Below, piece by piece: positions 13,139-23,447 of a DNA stretch of 64,000 nucleotides. Origin of the DNA: Marsupella aquatica (lineage: Eukaryota; Plantae; Marchantiophyta); contig OZ316899.1 of the NCBI GenBank assembly GCA_973895155.1, forward strand, positions 3,059,455 through 3,123,454. The letters run 5' to 3'. Positions within the stretch are counted from its first letter, which is position 1, and the number at the start of each line of letters is the position of its first letter. The translations under genes and the position numbers were made by a program. The notes under the pieces are model-generated. The model searched no databases. It was not told the origin of the DNA and saw only the letters and a list, made by a program, of their open reading frames with translations.

Positions 13139-14208
13139 TGTCGTAACCCTAGACCTTGAGTAAATACCTAACAGTCTTGGGTCGGGTGTTCGGGGTATTG
13201 CCAAAGGGTTTGTCATTGCAGTTGTGATTTTTCGATCAGTCCAAGCGCCATGCTGCCCTAAGTGTATACACTCTTGCCATCCTGAGCACCTCACGCGAGC
13301 TGTGAGCAGTTGCATCCTCCTGTTGTAAGTGCATTGATCTGCCAAGCGTTCAAATGCGAAGCTACTAGCGTCTACTCCCCATGCTGGTTGAATGTCTAGC
13401 GCTACCCTATGATGATTGAAGATTGCCCCTTACCTTTTACCGCCATCGCTGAATGCAGGATCGACCCAAATATAGCACCTATGCAGAGGCATTGGGTGAA
13501 CATAGTGAATGCCATTTGTGACTTGTGCAAGGTTGTGGGCCGAACGTTCGTGAGTCGTGAGCTGCAGACTACATGCAACTGCAAAGGAGGCATTGGGGAG
13601 GACGCAGTGAAGCAACAAGGAGTGGAGCGGGAGCTTAGAGTGGGCCAATGCTAGCTGAATCCAATCCAGGAGTTGTTGCGCTAAGGTGAGACTTTGAGTT
13701 TAGGGTTGCTTTAGTGTCCGAGTAGGTTTTCTCTTTGCGTCGGCAGCTAGAAGGTAAGCTCGGGGGCTTTACAAAGGGTTAGTGTTGCAGACTTTCCCTC
13801 CTGAACGTTGCGTGCCTTCATTTGAAACTTGTTTGTGGACCTGTAATCCTGAGACTGTCAAAATTCTTGTGGCCGCACCGACAACTTGACGACGCATTTT
13901 GTGGATGCACCGTTAGTAATTGCGAGACAGTACAGCTCTCCAACAATTGCACTTACCATTTTTGACCACCTTGCATGATGTCCATCCATGGGCTGGACCC
14001 CAGGAAGTAGATTTTGGTAGATTTTGTCTTTGCCCTCGGTCCTCATTTTGTGCAATGTCCGCGTGACACTTGGTTCTTGATCCCTACATTGTCGTCTGCC
14101 GCTCGGCTGCTTGCAGAAGGGATCAAACAGATTGGAGGTGCTTGGTCTTGACATTCATTTTGGGTTTCAGAGTTTAGGAGGACAGCTTGCACCATCGCCG
14201 ACAAGAAT

Positions 14209-14310
14209 GACCTGCTTGCAAAACAAGAGGGACGAGCGTGAGCTGCTTGCAGAATAGGAGATTAAGGGCAAGCACAAGCTGCTTGCAAAATAGGAGACTG
14301 AGGGCAAGCT
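14209..14310. repeat. Short tandem repeat, about 36-bp unit (ctgcttgca.aataggag..gggcaagc), 2-3 copies
   Basis: Units start near 14213, 14244 and 14280. Confidence 0.7.
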
Positions 14311-14762
14311 ACTTCTTTGTTGCTACTCTGGCTGCGCTGCTACATTGGTTGTTGATCTTCACCCACCCACTTGCCTACTCAATTGATAGAGTACAGCTTT
14401 GTCTCTACGTCTGTTACTGCTGTCTTTGTCCCTCCCCTTGAAATTGTGGGCCTTAAAAGGTCAATAAGTTGGCTTATGTAGTTTTTATGTCCCTCCGCTA
14501 TGTCAATGCGTGTTTCATTGCATCAGGGCATCAGTCGTCGTTTGCCTATAACCGGACTGTTCATTCTTTGTCCACTCATTTGATGTAATTCTTCCCGTTG
14601 CCGCCCAATGCTATGGCGCCCATGCTACAATTTGTGGTTTTTGTCTAAGCACAAATCCTCTGTGTGCCTGGTCTCTGTGTCCCGTCAGTTGGATTGATTG
14701 TGCAGACGTTTTCTCTTCTCCCAGTCCTCGTCATCCACCAGCCAAAGCACATTGGATTGTTT

Positions 14763-16093
14763 TCAAAGGAGGGCTGTATATGGAGAATCGGAACTACTAG
14801 GTTCAGGCATAGTTACAGAGAATAACCTTAACTTCTCAAGAGAGTCAATTATCTCCTCAGGCTCACAGATTAATAGGCTGCTTAACTTATCAACAATTTG
14901 CTGATTAAATTCTGCTCTCAGTTCATCAGCTGTTGGTTTGCTGAACAGGTAAGGTCTCTTACGGGATCTCATAGAAGGAATCAAGCAATTTACAGATAAA
15001 TTTTGAGTTGGAACTGTAGGTGATCGAAGAGCAATAGGGACAGATATGTCAACTACAGGTGTAGAAGGTGGGGATGTCCCCACTGGTTTGGATGTACACT
15101 CTTCAATATTAGAATTGAGGGGTGTGTAAATTTTTCTATCCTGGTTGAGATCTTCAAAAGGGGACAGAGGGTTATCAGAAATTGGTGAAAAGGTACTTCT
15201 GGGTTCCACAAGTGGTTCTCTATAACCAAGAGGGGAAGTCTCTGGACAGATAGGGGGTGTGATCTCTGGTTGAGCTTCATCAGCTTCTTCTCCTTCAGTA
15301 TCCTCGTTTCCAGATTCACTAAGATCAAACTCATCAAGTAGCCTGATCCGCTCCTCTTGTTCACCTGGAAGTAGACAATTTCCATGAAAGTACAACTGAC
15401 TGAGATAAGAAGGGAGAGTAGTAAACTTGCCCATTTTCACCTTCTTCACTTGAGATAAAATAACATGTCTTGTCAATAAGGCCCAATTTTTCTCAGAAAC
15501 TCCCTTCCAACTTGCCACAATAGTATTGGCAAGTGACACAGGTATCATATGCGGTCAAATGGGATGGAGAATTGGAACCAAAAATTCTAGAATGATTTTG
15601 AGGGTATAATCAATACAGTGGCCCATTTCCATCCATGGTGAACGTTTTGAGTTCTAGAAAGATAAGGTCTCGCAATCTCTCCTTGGCGTGAGTGTAAACT
15701 ATCTCCTTCAGCAGGACAGCTAAAAGCATCAGCAACAAACTGCAGAGTCCAAAACTCTAGATTTGCCCAAGCAATTCCCACCATACCAACTTCAATCTGT
15801 GCTCCATCACTAAAATCCTTCAAATAGCTTAATGAAGTCACGGACCAAGGCAGAGTGAGTAATTTACTCAGATGCATGACCGCCAGTGATTCCTTCAGGA
15901 CGTGCAAGCTTCTTTTCATCATAGGATATGTCATAGGAACGGCCTTAGGTAGAGGAACTCCTTTCTCAGCCATCTCTTCCCCTTCGTCTGTCGATGCCAT
16001 AGTAGTAAAAGATGAAGCGTTGTTGCAAACTATTGATCGAGAACAATCTACGTCAATCCGCCGTTGCGCCTTTGCTTTGAAAGGTTCTTGCAC
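14763..16093 (-). pseudogene. Uncharacterised TE-associated protein (LPW/EFLVPI domain family), frameshifted
   Basis: ORFs 15587-16093 and 14763-15548 join through a shifted LEFLVPILHPI*PHMIP segment. Collinear with 55601-56941. Confidence 0.7.
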
Positions 16094-16512
16094 TATTGCG
16101 CCATTGCGCTTTTACCCCGTTGCGCCTTTGCGCTCTTGCTCCAAAACGCTGTTGCGCTTTTGCGCCCTAACGCTCTTGTCTCTCACAATCAAACTTTGCA
16201 ACAAAACCTTCCCATCGTAGCACAAAAATACAGGTTGTGTTCTCTCTTGCTTACCTCACTCCTTCCTCTAGATGAAAATGCAATGTCGCAACCAAGTGGC
16301 CCTCTTCAGAAGATCAGGTAGATTAAGGAGCTTGACTCCTTGGTATGAAATTGCACCCGAGTAGGGGAATGCTCACTAATCACTCAGGGTATTATCTATT
16401 AATCGGTCCTATCTTAAGTCTTAACCTTATTTATATCTAGAAGTAATTTTTATGTTTAATCTATTTCTAACTACAAAAATTTAATTTTTTTCATTATTTC
16501 TAAGTTTCTAAC

Positions 16513-16803
16513 TTAAACAGCTATTACATCTTGCGATGGTTGAGTATCTTCCAAAGCAAAAACCTTGTACACTTTCTCTGAGTACATTGTCCAAAATCTT
16601 AGACCATCAACAACATCATAAAATATTGTACTATCCTTCAAATTCTTAGGGACAAGAGACATAGAGAGAATAGACTCTTTCCTGACGTCAAAACTTATTC
16701 CCAAGTATTCATCTGAAACCCTTTTTGATTGAGAGGTTGGAGCAACGGTAATTGTGATGACATCCTGTGTGTCCTTGCATGTGACAACGATAGTTTGACC
16801 CAT
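16513..16803 (-). CDS. Small ORF of unknown function, 96 aa
   Basis: ATG start with a CTATAAATAG box about 40 nt upstream (16843-16852). No recognisable domain. Confidence 0.3.
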   Translation of the reverse strand: MGQTIVVTCKDTQDVITITVAPTSQSKRVSDEYLGISFDVRKESILSMSLVPKNLKDSTIFYDVVDGLRFWTMYSEKVYKVFALEDTQPSQDVIAV

Positions 16804-16999
16804 TGTACCGAGAGAGAATAATGGATGTCTAACTCCCTAATTCTATTTATAGTTCTTTCCCGGGTTCACAATGACATTATAAAATGAACATTGAATAATG
16901 ACAAAGTAAGAGACGTTACCCATTTGGACAATGTGTATCAATTGTGTTTTGTTGTTTATCAACGACTGGATTGAACCAATTGACATGTATGAAGTTTAA

Positions 17000-17137
17000 T
17001 AGCGTCAGGCGCTACTTTAATAATAGAAGCACTGGAGAACAAAGGAAGTTGGAATGCCAACCTCATATAATAGCGTCAAGCGCTAGTTTGATATGGGGGT
17101 CTAGAATCTTCCATGAGAAGAATAGCGCCCGACACTA
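17000..17137. repeat. Cluster of three TAGCG-N5-C(G/A)CTA palindromes
   Basis: 17000-14, 17071-85 and 17123-37. Confidence 0.75.
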
Positions 17138-17640
17138 TTAATCATGATCATTAATTTCAAACTTGATGAACCATCATGACATCCACGCCTTGGGGGCCTC
17201 AGTATACAGAGCCCCCATATCACGCTCGACGTTTTGGACCCTTGCACCCCTAACTTATTAAGTAAAATATAAATTTCCCCTTCCCTATCATACTTATAAG
17301 AATTCCAAATCCTAACATTTTGACCCCTAAAAATTGTTAAGTAAAGTTTTGTTGTGAATTAAACACCCCTTAGTAAGAAAAGAAAAGTTCATTCAAATGC
17401 ACACCTTATTTGGGTCTTCGTCAAGCTTATTTGAACCCTAATGTGCTCCTTAGGCATCCATATCTCATGGGAAACTGATAGTATATAGTGTTAATGCTTC
17501 CACTAAGAATACCAATTCTAGTAGAAGCTTCAGCAATATACAGTATGAGTTATTCATATTGCAATCTATTGCGCTTGTCTGATGTGAAAGGTAGGTACAC
17601 CAAAAAGGAATTGAGTCAAGAATCTGGAATGGTGAGTGTA

Positions 17641-17701
17641 TGTGGCAGAGGGGAATTGAACCCCTGATTGAGCAAGAAGCTCAAGTATCCAAATCTGCCA
17701 C
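17641..17701 (-). ncRNA. tRNA-like three-stem structure lacking a D-arm (not a canonical tRNA)
   Basis: Minus strand: GTGGCAG-ATTTGGATAC-TTGAGC-TTCTT-GCTCAA-TC-AGGGG-TTCAATT-CCCCT-CTGCCAC-A. All three stems are perfectly paired and the T-loop resembles a B-box. Confidence 0.45.
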
Positions 17702-17772
17702 CCCTAGCCTATTCCCCTAACCTATCCCCTATACATACTAAAACCACTACCATGACTATTGATGCATGAAAA

Positions 17773-20700
17773 TCATTCAACTCTAGACATGGTCTCCAAA
17801 TAAGTATCCAAAGCTTGTTTATCAACTCGATCTAACACATACACTAAACCAATCCCTTGTTTCATGGTTAGAGTAACATTAGTCATCACCATTTCTATAT
17901 CAATCCATTGTAAATCAGTTGTATCATAAGTGAATTCAACTTTGCTTGAGCTTGTTGGCTTATACCAATTGAACAAGAACTGACAAATACTCCCTACGTG
18001 TCCATGAGGAGGTGTTGGTCTGTCAAGCAAATCAATAGCAGATCTCACTCTAGTCCATTGTCCCTTAACTTTTTGTCTCGTCATCATAATCCGACCAAGC
18101 CAAAATTCTTTCTTTGCTTGCACTACTGGCTCTTGAATCCTAGATTTACCTCTTCCTTTACCTTTCCCATTTTTTGATCTTGTAGAAGGGCCTGCATCAT
18201 TAGCACTTTCAAATGCTACTCCACAATCACTCCCAACATCAACAAAACAAGTCACAGTATTTGGATCACATTGTTTCCTCTTACCAAGATTATAGTATGC
18301 CACTTGTTTCACCCTTGTCAGCCTATCTTTAAACAAATGAGGGTCGCCCACTAGTTGACTCACCAAAGTTGATTTGTAAATTGTTCTGCCCTCATATGTA
18401 ACTGTAGGCAAAACCTTCTTCTTTTCTTGTAGAGGGCTCTGAAAAGACTGTGTAAACTCAACTACAACAGAAGACAGCACATGACGAACCTCATGCCCCA
18501 AAGTATCTACCTCCACAGAATGAGGTTATGGTATGTCTAACTCAACCCCATCCTGCAAAACATCATCAGGTTTGGTTAGCTCATCTGTCAACCATGCATC
18601 AATTCAATTTAGATCTTCCTCAGGGTCTTCAAATTCATGAAAATCTCCTTCTGGACGACGTCCAATTGGAGATCTATGCTCTACATGCTCTTCAGAATCA
18701 TCAACAATAACTGCCTCTGCTATTATAGTTGAATTTGGCCATGTCTGAACTTCCACATCCCAAGGGTGAGTCCACCATCGCTTTCTTGTTGCTGGCAAAT
18801 CACTTATGGGAGACATTTGTAACCTTCTAAGAAGCTCTCTTGCTTCTTCAAAACCTTCTTTCAAGGCTGCAACCACCAACTCATTAGTTTGCACTTCAGA
18901 GTAATAAAAAAGATTAGGTGCATCTTCACCTTCAAGTAAAGGATGAAGCTTGGCCCATACATGATCTTGCTTTTTATGTGATCGAGCTACTTTCAAGCCC
19001 TCTGGTCCACATTCTAATCCAACAAGACAATTTAACCCAACAGCATTGTCCAGCAAGGAGCCAAAATCATAATTCCTCTCATGGCCACTCATTCCACCTA
19101 CTTTGCTGAAAAATATCTCACAACAATCAGAACCTAACTCATGAAATGGAATACACAAGTGAGAAAACTTATCACGAAATGCACATATAAGCAAATACAG
19201 TAAACTGACATGACATGTTAACATCATGAAAAGCTTGGATTTATATCATATTTCTCTCTGTATGTGAAGCAACATTTCCACCTACAGCATGATCACCATA
19301 CCTCAACCACAACCTCCACAATCGAAAGAACCAAGAAACTTTACCTGCCAGCTTCACTCTAGTCCTCAGGTCATGTCTCTTGGAGTAGAAAATGTCAATA
19401 TAGTCTGCACAGATCTGCAGATACAACTCTGTCCCCAAACTTCATTCATGCAACAGATCAATTCTTCCATGCAAATCTGCTAAACAGTCACGCACCTTTT
19501 CTGATGCTATCCTTTGGGGACCAGCCCAGTTTTGACGGTCGGATCTGTTCACATCATCCCAATTCAATCCATGTTGATGGATTGGATAGTTATTGTACAC
19601 ATTACAAACATGAAATAGGGAAGTATGTTGGTCTCCAAGTGCCATTATTGAGGACACTCAATCTAGTGGGTTAATCAACTTTTTCCCATTGTGAGGCTGG
19701 TCTTGATCACCAAACCATACAGGTCCCCATTAGGCAATATGGCAACTGAGTAAGGCCATCCTTCCCACCCTACAGAAAATCTAGGGTAAGAGCCATTTGC
19801 TCCTCTGTAGTCTTCTAACATCAATTTCTTGCATCTTGCATCACCATCACTAGCATGCCCAAGCAAAGGACCTACAGAGTCTCTGCAATGCACATCCCAG
19901 GATTCCTTCAATTGCACCCAATGCTCTCTAACCCATTCTGCCTTGAATTTGTTACAGGTTGATATAGCACAGGGGCCAACTTTGGCATTCCAACATGCAA
20001 TGGATTCACAATGACAACTCTAGCATACATGCCCTTGTTAAAATCCTCAAATTTATTTACAATCTTGTTATAGCCATCCTCACCGTCACCTACAAGAATT
20101 TCTAATCCAAATTCACAGGTGTGCTCATCCTTATGGCCACAAAAACCAATCAGAGTGTCATATTTGGCCTCCCACTTGCAAACAGCCCAATGACAATGAA
20201 GTCAGTTCCAAAGAGTTGGTAGAAGTAGTTACATGCCTCACAAATAGTCTTCAACTCCAATTACATCATTATGTGCTATAATATACAAACATACCTTGGG
20301 CTTTCTTTGATTCTGGTTTCATCCTCTGCAAGCATGATAGGTACATCCCCCTGAATTCCCAACATCTCCTTTGTAGCAGACAGAATCTGAGCCACTTCCT
20401 TAAATGTTTCTGGCCTGATTCCAGCACAAAATTGAACAAACTTTGCTCTATCTTGATTTAGTGTCTTCAGGCTTGGCCCAACTAAGTTCCTTGCAAACAC
20501 ATGGGCCACTTGTCGGCCCCCATATTGAAACATAGCCTGAGCTATGGCTTTTGTTGTCTGACTGTAGCTAAACCCCCTTGCACTTCTCTCCAAATTTCTA
20601 CCTACATCCTTCAAGAAATCCCAAAGACCTTATTTTCCACCAAATGCACCATTCCTATGACCATTGACAATACTCCTTAGAAAAAGTCTCAAATATTTTC

Positions 20701-22336
20701 TGTCTGCAGCTACTCCTAACAATTTCTGCAATTTTCTCTTCCTAGTACTAAGGGCACACACTTTCTGAGTCTGTAGTGCCAACAACCATGTCTTTTTTCT
20801 TCTCTTGACATTCAGACCATGCATCTATGTGGTCAACTCTAGACGTGTCAAATAACGTGCATTCAAACCATCCTCTGTGCTTCTTTCCCCTCTCTTTGCT
20901 AAAGCCTCCGCTTCCTTGTGCACCCGCCCACGAAAGTCATCTTCTAGTGTTATAACATGACATCTACTACAAGTTAGGTTTAGAAACCCCCCACCATACA
21001 AGGACAGCCTAGAGCAATCTCTATGCCTAACTAGTCCTTTTATATGTACAATAGAACTTGTGTTAGGATTGTAGACATCAACAGAGACTGCAACATCTAA
21101 ATCCCATACATGTCCACCACGTTGATCATGCAAGATACCCTTCACATTCTTCCACTCTACATATTCATCCCATATTCCCCAACAGAGCAAACTTAAGCCC
21201 ACATCAATGTCAATAGACCCACCTGTACCAGAGCTATTGCTTGCATTGGAAACATCCTCGAAGAATTTTAAAATTGAATTCTGTGAAGGATGTTGATCCC
21301 TCTCATCTGGCTTCCTTGGTCTGCCCCTCTTTCCAGATCTCAATGCAAGTTCAACAGTATTCTCTCTGGCTTCAACTACATCCAGGTGACCCCGACTGAC
21401 CAAATGTGTCCTCAGGTTGTGGTCCAAAGTTCATTTCTTACAAACCAAATCCATGACTGCCCCACAAACTTTACAATGAACCTTATAATGGAACCACTTG
21501 TTTGCATTATTGGCTACACCTGGCACAAGGGGCACATGAAATAGCTCATCATCACCTCCACACTCAGCATTTAGAGTCTGGACTATCTCTAGGCCAGTTG
21601 TTATGGCCCCCTCATAATCAAACTCAGGCTTTTGTGCAAGATCTGTAGGCTTGACCCCAATCATAGCAATGCCCCTTCTCCTGTAGTAATTGTCTTTGTG
21701 TTTAGCAAAGACAAGGTGCTTGGTCTTAAAATTGCTAAACAAATTAGCAATTGACTTCTTATCTTGGGAATTGTCTACCCTCCCATAGACCACTTTGCAC
21801 TCAAGACACTCCAAATGGCCTCTCACATCCTGTCCTTCATCCCAAGTTTGAATTCTCCAATTATGAGCTTTATAACCATTCTTGTGAATCCACTTCTCTA
21901 GTCTTATATATTCATCATTCCAGACTTTGACAGCCGCCTGAGACATGAGAAGAGACTCAAAAGAAGCTCTCATAGGGGGAGCTTCTTGCAGTTGTTTACC
22001 CTGGGAAGAGTCCACTCCAACCGATTGGGTGACAGGAGTAGAAACTGATGGAAACTCTGTCTTGGCAGTATGCAAGGATCCAATTTGTTCAATGACAGCA
22101 ACTTTCCCATCCAATTCAGAAAACTCAGTCATTTTCTCACTCTTGACCTTCATGCGACCAGGAAGCCTATAATCCCAGAAATCAAAATCAAAATCAACCA
22201 AATCAGGAATTCGACTTCGAAAATCAGCTAAAGTTTGTCCTTCTTTGAAGGCCAACACAGCTATAGGTTCTTCATCTTTCCCATCAGTCACCACACCCCT
22301 TTTCTTGTGCAACAGTTTTACAAATTGGGTAGCCAT
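17773..22336 (-). pseudogene. P-element-superfamily (THAP9/P-like) DDE transposase, multiply disabled
   Basis: IMLAEDETRIK (about 20300-20340), HASDGD (about 19845), DQPHNGKKLINPL (about 19660-19705; DxxHxxKxxxN motif), DRQNW, and GSDCCEIFFS (about 19110-19140; cf. SQDxLExFF), in the expected order. Confidence 0.7.
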
Positions 22337-22687
22337 TTCAATCAATTTGTTAAAGTTAAAGTATGAAGGGGTTCTGAAAACAATCACAGTCACACAATGA
22401 ACCTGCCACACAACACAATAAACAAAACAATATGAAGCATATTAGACATTACTCCAAAGTACTTGTTGAACATAGTTCACATATAATTAGTCCAGTGAAT
22501 AAGTTTGCTCTACCAAAGCATTTCTACCAAACTCAGAAACTCTAAGAGGTATGTGGCTGTGCAGGAACCAATTCCCCCTTAGGTATTGCACGCCTATGAC
22601 AATAAATGAAACGCCACCCTTCCACATCCCAGTGGTCCCTGCCCTTCACACACCTCCTGAGGTGTTTCACCCCCCAGGTGTCTCATC

Positions 22688-23447
22688 ATGACACCAACTG
22701 CGAGGGCACCTTCAACACTGTACAAAGTCTTTAATGCCATCCTTGTACACTTTACAATACTCACAAAAATGCCTTGGGCACATTAGGTTGTTTGGACTTG
22801 CTGGATGAGACCTATGAGGCAGTGCCCCAACCTGAAGTAGCACCCTAAGGCAGCCAGGATGGTAATGAGAAAAGCAATGAGGGTGGGCACAATGGAGCAC
22901 AAGGGATTCCTGTGTTGTGGGATGTTCAAATCTGCCAATGAGTCCACAAGCAAAGCATCTAGCTCTGTTGGCAGCACACAATTCACAAACCCATGGTGCC
23001 CTCCAATCATTGTTTTTAGGCAATGTGACAGGAGTGCAAGCATGCCCTTGCATACCTTTTCCACCAACAAAGTGAAAATGTCTACTACAAGGCCCATCAC
23101 AAAAGATGACATCATCCTTGGGGGGTTAACTAAGTGTATTTTTTGGGGTACCACGTGCGATCCTAGCCTAATATAAATAGGCCTATTTTATAAAGAAAAT
23201 ATTCCAAGAATATTCTCTATTTTCAATATTAATAACCTATTTTACTTTATAAAGGGTATATATTAAAGAATATTCTATAAATATGAGTTTATAATACCTT
23301 CTTTTGCCTCTTACGCTTTTAAAAAATTTAGTTAAAATCTGCCAAAAATACCTATTTTGGATCGCACGTGGTTCCTAAGATTTTTGATAGTCAAGCCCCC
23401 GAGACATCATCTGTCTCATCACAAAAGAAACAGCAAGGGGGATCCAT
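22688..23447 (-). pseudogene. EDM2/NSD-type tandem PHD-like zinc-finger array, split by a MITE and one TGA
   Basis: Removing 23117-23402 plus one TSD copy gives CCFFCDETDDVIFCDGPCSRHFH...C...WVCELC...CFACG...HCAHPHCFSHYHPGC...CPRHFCEYC...QC*RCPRSWCH. Confidence 0.8.
23117..23402. mobile_element. 286-bp MITE with a 9-bp TSD (Mutator-like)
   Basis: GACATCATC at 23108-16 and 23403-11. Imperfect TIRs of about 45 bp with core gg.accacgtgcgatcc / ggatcgcacgtggttcc. AT-rich interior. Confidence 0.85.

Larger units (their letters stand above)
13139..16876 (-). mobile_element. Candidate TG...CA insertion(s) carrying an LPW-domain ORF
   Basis: tgtcgtaacc...caatgaca is flanked by ttata/ttata (13134-38, 16877-81). 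A nested or alternative pair 13870-16528 is flanked by tcttg/tcttg. The 5-bp matches could be chance. Confidence 0.4.

Noticed and set aside
17641-17701. Calling this a functional tRNA-Arg(TCT) gene
   Set aside because: No D-arm, a pyrimidine at position 37 and only 61 nt. Kept only as a tRNA-like structure.
23147-23375. Shorter Tourist-like MITE with a TAA target
   Set aside because: TAA is present on one side only. The larger 23117-23402 unit has an exact 9-bp TSD and restores the reading frame.
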